DNA of 6,595 nucleotides from a virus: IMG/VR virus record IMGVR_UViG_3300009508_000009; one strand, 5' to 3'. Shown piece by piece: positions 4,365 to 6,595 of this stretch (position 1 is its first letter; each line of letters starts with the position of its first letter). The notes under the pieces were generated by a model. It saw only the letters and a program-made list of their open reading frames with translations, ran no database searches and was not told where the DNA came from. The position numbers and the translations under genes were made by a program.

Positions 4365-4569
4365 TGATTATAACACCCAGCAAAGCTACAACGATGACCA
4401 GATGCCAAAGACGAAAACGTCTTGGGGTTTTGCTGGTTGAAACGAAAAGAACGCCTGAGCGCGATTTGCGGGCGTTACGGTTGATATGCGGTAGCTGCGT
4501 TCTGCGCTTTGCATCCTCGCGATACCAATCACGATCATCAAGACTCAAAGTGTGGCCTCCTATAGTCAT
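4351..4569 (-). CDS. 72-aa basic protein with a C-terminal TM anchor, function unknown, in the cargo position downstream of zot
   Basis: This is the first ATG (M7) of track ORF 4351..4587, whose listed start is GTG: MTIGGHTLSLDDRDWYREDAKRRTQLPHINRNARKSRSGVLFVSTSKTPRRFRLWHLVIVVALLGVIIRRFA. A strong Shine-Dalgarno GGGAGGGA lies 7 nt upstream. Confidence 0.5.
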   Translation of the reverse strand: MTIGGHTLSLDDRDWYREDAKRRTQLPHINRNARKSRSGVLFVSTSKTPRRFRLWHLVIVVALLGVIIRRFA

Positions 4570-4570
4570 C

Positions 4571-4604
4571 GCGGGTCCCTCCCGCACGCGGGAGCCCTCC
4601 CGCG
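4571..4604 (-). promoter_or_regulatory. Tandem GC-rich hairpin repeat containing the ribosome-binding site of the 72-aa ORF
   Basis: CCCTCCCGC occurs twice (4577-4585 and 4595-4603). On the minus strand, CGCGGGA-GGGC-TCCCGCG is one hairpin, and CTCCCG-CGTG-CGGGAG is an alternative pairing that would occlude the GGGAGGGA Shine-Dalgarno sequence. Confidence 0.35.
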
Positions 4605-4626
4605 CTGACTACAGTATGCCCTGAGG

Positions 4627-4652
4627 TCAACTGATCGGAAATGTTCAGTTGA
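4627..4652. other. 8-bp hairpin (TCAACTGA / TCAGTTGA, 10-nt loop) overlapping the zot stop codon
   Basis: 4627-4634 pairs with 4645-4652. The gI/zot stop codon is the complement of 4645-4647. Confidence 0.35.
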
Positions 4653-5838
4653 TAGAAGCGGTAACGTTCTGCGGTTTCAGACCGACACGTGGCAAGTCAT
4701 CAACAACGTAACCAACGTCATAACCCTTGAAAGTGAGCGAGACAACACGATTTGAAAGGTAGGTGATGGTATAGCCAGCAAGGCGCAAATCTTCGAAATC
4801 AACACGGGCGACAGGCTGACCGCCTTGAGCAATGGTGATGAAACCGCCGAGATACTGCACCTCTTTGTCATCTACTATTTTCGTTCCTCGCACAATTGCC
4901 GCTAAATGCATTGTGTTGCCTGAATACGGATGCATTTTGCCTTGATCACCTCGCGGCTTTGCTTCAATAACTGGGTCAGGTGTAAGCGCTGGCTGCGCAT
5001 GCTGAACGGTCGTGACACGGATATTTTCGTCTTCAATGACCGAAGCAACCGGCACCTTGTCTGGCTTGAAAAGATTCCAGCCGACTACTGAAAAGCCTAA
5101 TGCTACGCACAATGCAGCGCCTTTAAATGTCCAGTGCTTCCAATACGGCACGATGTCGTTAGCGCCGTATTCCTGACCTGAACCGCCTTGGGTGTGGCTG
5201 ACCCATAGGCCAAAGTAACCGGGGTTATACGTGCGCTCAGCTTGGTTCAAAACTTCGCCCCTGATACCGTCCTGAACCTTGCGAATGTACCGATCAGGCT
5301 GGCCCCAAGCGGTTTTCTTGGTAAGCCTGTAAACAATCTGAATATTGTCACGGATAGCCTGGCTCAACTTGCCGTAACTCTGAGTGATGAAAACAACATC
5401 ACAGTTGTAATGCCTATGTAGCGCTGACCACTCTTCAACGTCAGTGCTGCACTTAATTCGAGGTATTACGTTCTGCGCCTCATCAATCACGAACAGAGGC
5501 CCAACACCTGACTCGGGGTGCTTCCATGTTGAATAGTAATCCCACACACCAGCAAAAACACGCGCTGTTGCCGGAGGTTGAACAGGCTGCACGCCATCGT
5601 CAAAAAGGTGGAACGCGCCCTCTTCCCTAGTTGGTTCCCAAGTACCGCGGATTGGCATTGCTCGCTTGCGCATTTCAATCAAGCCGGGGAACGTGGGATC
5701 TAAAGCGGCCCATTTTTCGAGCACAAGCGGAATATTTGTAATGACCTTACGACCTTGCTGCAAGGCAGTAAGAATATGATATGCGCAGACTTCGTAACCC
5801 TTGCCAGCTCCTGATTTCCCAACAATTAGATTTTGCAT
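4645..5838 (-). CDS. Zot / gI-like morphogenesis (assembly) ATPase, 397 aa
   Basis: N-terminal P-loop MQNLIVGKSGAGKGYEV and Walker B LFVIDEAQ, a central TM segment (GAALCVALGFSVVGWNLF) and a C-terminal periplasmic domain. This architecture, and the position after the gVI-like gene, are typical of the Zot family. The start overlaps the gVI stop (TAATG). Confidence 0.9.
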   Translation of the reverse strand: MQNLIVGKSGAGKGYEVCAYHILTALQQGRKVITNIPLVLEKWAALDPTFPGLIEMRKRAMPIRGTWEPTREEGAFHLFDDGVQPVQPPATARVFAGVWDYYSTWKHPESGVGPLFVIDEAQNVIPRIKCSTDVEEWSALHRHYNCDVVFITQSYGKLSQAIRDNIQIVYRLTKKTAWGQPDRYIRKVQDGIRGEVLNQAERTYNPGYFGLWVSHTQGGSGQEYGANDIVPYWKHWTFKGAALCVALGFSVVGWNLFKPDKVPVASVIEDENIRVTTVQHAQPALTPDPVIEAKPRGDQGKMHPYSGNTMHLAAIVRGTKIVDDKEVQYLGGFITIAQGGQPVARVDFEDLRLAGYTITYLSNRVVSLTFKGYDVGYVVDDLPRVGLKPQNVTASIN

Positions 5839-6176
5839 TATGAACCCCAGCGAACAAATGGAATGGTTTGCAGAAGGAACCGAACGACAAGCGCGCTAAC
5901 AATGATTGAAAGCGCTTGAGGTATCCCGATGTAACCTAAAACGCTACCAACTTCAGCCGGAATCAATGCGTAATAGGTTGCAGGATTAAACGGAATTTCG
6001 ATGATGTTCAGCGCACCGATAGCAAGAGCCAATATTGAATCAAGCAACCAACAGAAGCAGTCCTGAACGAAGACGAATAGATCAAGAAATACGCGCTTAA
6101 CAACTGCAAGAATCCAACTCGCGAATTCAGCAATACGCGCCAGTATCGTTGTGAAAAACTGAAATATTCCAGCCAT
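5838..6176 (-). CDS. gVI-like minor coat / membrane protein (DUF2523-like), 112 aa
   Basis: MAGIFQFFTTILARIAEFASWILAVV... has multiple hydrophobic helices and sits between the adsorption protein and zot, as in other inoviruses. GGGGG lies 5 nt upstream, and the start is 1 nt after the gIII stop (TGATATG). Confidence 0.7.
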   Translation of the reverse strand: MAGIFQFFTTILARIAEFASWILAVVKRVFLDLFVFVQDCFCWLLDSILALAIGALNIIEIPFNPATYYALIPAEVGSVLGYIGIPQALSIIVSALVVRFLLQTIPFVRWGS

Positions 6177-6177
6177 A

Positions 6178-6595
6178 TCAGCCCCCGAACATGATCATGC
6201 GAGACGTGAACAGCGCGGTTATCAGCATGATAATTTTGATGAAGTCGAACACGTAGCAAAGCGAAGAAAACTCCATAGTCCCGAAAGCTGCCCAGCTGGC
6301 GATATTGAGATTGAGACTAAATGAAGGGCACGAGCCAGAAAACGAAGGCACGAAGGAGTTAAGGAATTCAACGAACGCGCTAGCACCTAGGTCAGCAGTG
6401 GCTGCATCCCAAACTCCCTGAAAGCCGTCAGGATATTGAGGCTCGTAAAAGGGCTCAACTTCCGGCAATGCCGTATCGTCAAAGGTATACGCCTCTTCAG
6501 CCTCTTCTGGCGGCGATTCAGTCGGTGCTGTCGTGTCCTCGGTGATGGTGGTTTCAGTAGGAACACCATCAACCTCAGTCGTTTTAGTCTCCTTA
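6178..6595 (-). CDS. gIII-like adsorption protein, C-terminal part (frame open to the window end; 6473-6595 duplicates 1-123)
   Basis: Track ORF 6178..6468 begins at an internal TTG, but the frame stays open upstream to 6595. 1208 + 295 nt = 1503 nt = 500 codons plus a stop across the junction. The C-terminus MEFSSLCYVFDFIKIIMLITALFTSRMIMFGG is a membrane anchor. Confidence 0.75.
   Translation of the reverse strand, partial: KETKTTEVDGVPTETTITEDTTAPTESPPEEAEEAYTFDDTALPEVEPFYEPQYPDGFQGVWDAATADLGASAFVEFLNSFVPSFSGSCPSFSLNLNIASWAAFGTMEFSSLCYVFDFIKIIMLITALFTSRMIMFGG
6473..6595. repeat. Terminal direct repeat, copy 2 (identical to 1-123)
   Basis: Same as copy 1; the offset is 6472 nt. Confidence 0.95.

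Larger units (their letters stand above)
1..6472 (-). mobile_element. Complete unit-length genome of a small filamentous ssDNA phage (inovirus-like), circularly permuted in the window
   Basis: Canonical inovirus gene order on one strand (rep, ssDNA-binding protein, small coat proteins, adsorption protein, gVI-like, Zot/gI-like ATPase), plus one structured intergenic region. An exact 123-bp repeat of the window start at the window end gives a 6472-bp period. Confidence 0.85.

Noticed and set aside
4394-4624. Plus-strand 76-aa Arg-rich ORF (MTRCQRRKRLG...)
   Set aside because: It is antisense to the 72-aa minus-strand ORF, which has a strong Shine-Dalgarno and fits the operon. Its composition looks like the complement of a coding frame. 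It cannot be fully excluded.
4645-5838. Calling the Zot-family gene an enterotoxin or virulence factor
   Set aside because: In filamentous phages Zot-family proteins are primarily the gI-type assembly ATPase. Nothing in this sequence supports toxin activity.
497-6572. Minus-strand alternative-frame track ORFs (497..709, 1714..2028, 2216..2446, 2500..2694, 3544..3756, 4677..4871, 5487..5678, 6008..6259, 6387..6572)
   Set aside because: Each is nested out of frame inside a longer, motif-supported gene on the same strand. The sequences are low-complexity and there are no RBS signals.
1-6595. Search for tRNA, rRNA, secretin (gIV), integrase or transposase genes
   Set aside because: No ORF of suitable size or motif remains unassigned, and no cloverleaf-like or rRNA-like segment was seen. 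The only sizeable noncoding stretch (3942-4350) is hairpin-rich but not tRNA-like.

Overview
The window is one complete unit-length genome (6472 bp) of a small filamentous ssDNA phage (inovirus-like), plus a 123-bp terminal overlap: positions 1-123 are identical to 6473-6595. This indicates a circular or tandem template. Nearly all genes lie on the minus strand, so the packaged strand is probably the reverse complement of what is shown. Reading 5'->3' on the minus strand from 3619, the order is: replication initiator (gII-like, real start at 3619, not 3853), a 61-aa double-TM protein, an 80-aa unknown, a gV-like ssDNA-binding protein, a 43-aa acidic Cys4 mini-protein, a 44-aa hydrophobic protein, a 44-aa leaderless major coat protein, a possible 41-aa hydrophobic ORF, and a 500-aa gIII-like adsorption protein. 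The adsorption gene is split by the window ends (1..1208 joins in frame to 6178..6472). It is followed by a gVI-like membrane protein, a Zot/gI-like assembly ATPase and a 72-aa tail-anchored basic protein. One AT-richer plus-strand gene (3735/3750..3941) looks like a ribbon-helix-helix repressor. It diverges from rep across a 130-bp region carrying three CATGCACAC repeats and overlapping candidate promoters. A roughly 410-bp GC-rich noncoding region (3942-4350) is packed with perfect hairpins. It also holds a 124-nt imperfect inverted repeat whose outer stem is a dif-like XerC half-site (TCGCATAA / TTATGCGA). No secretin (gIV), integrase, tRNA, rRNA or CRISPR array is visible. Four of the small genes, and the window-split gIII, are absent from the supplied ORF track and were translated by hand. 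All family assignments rest on remembered motifs and gene order, not on database searches.
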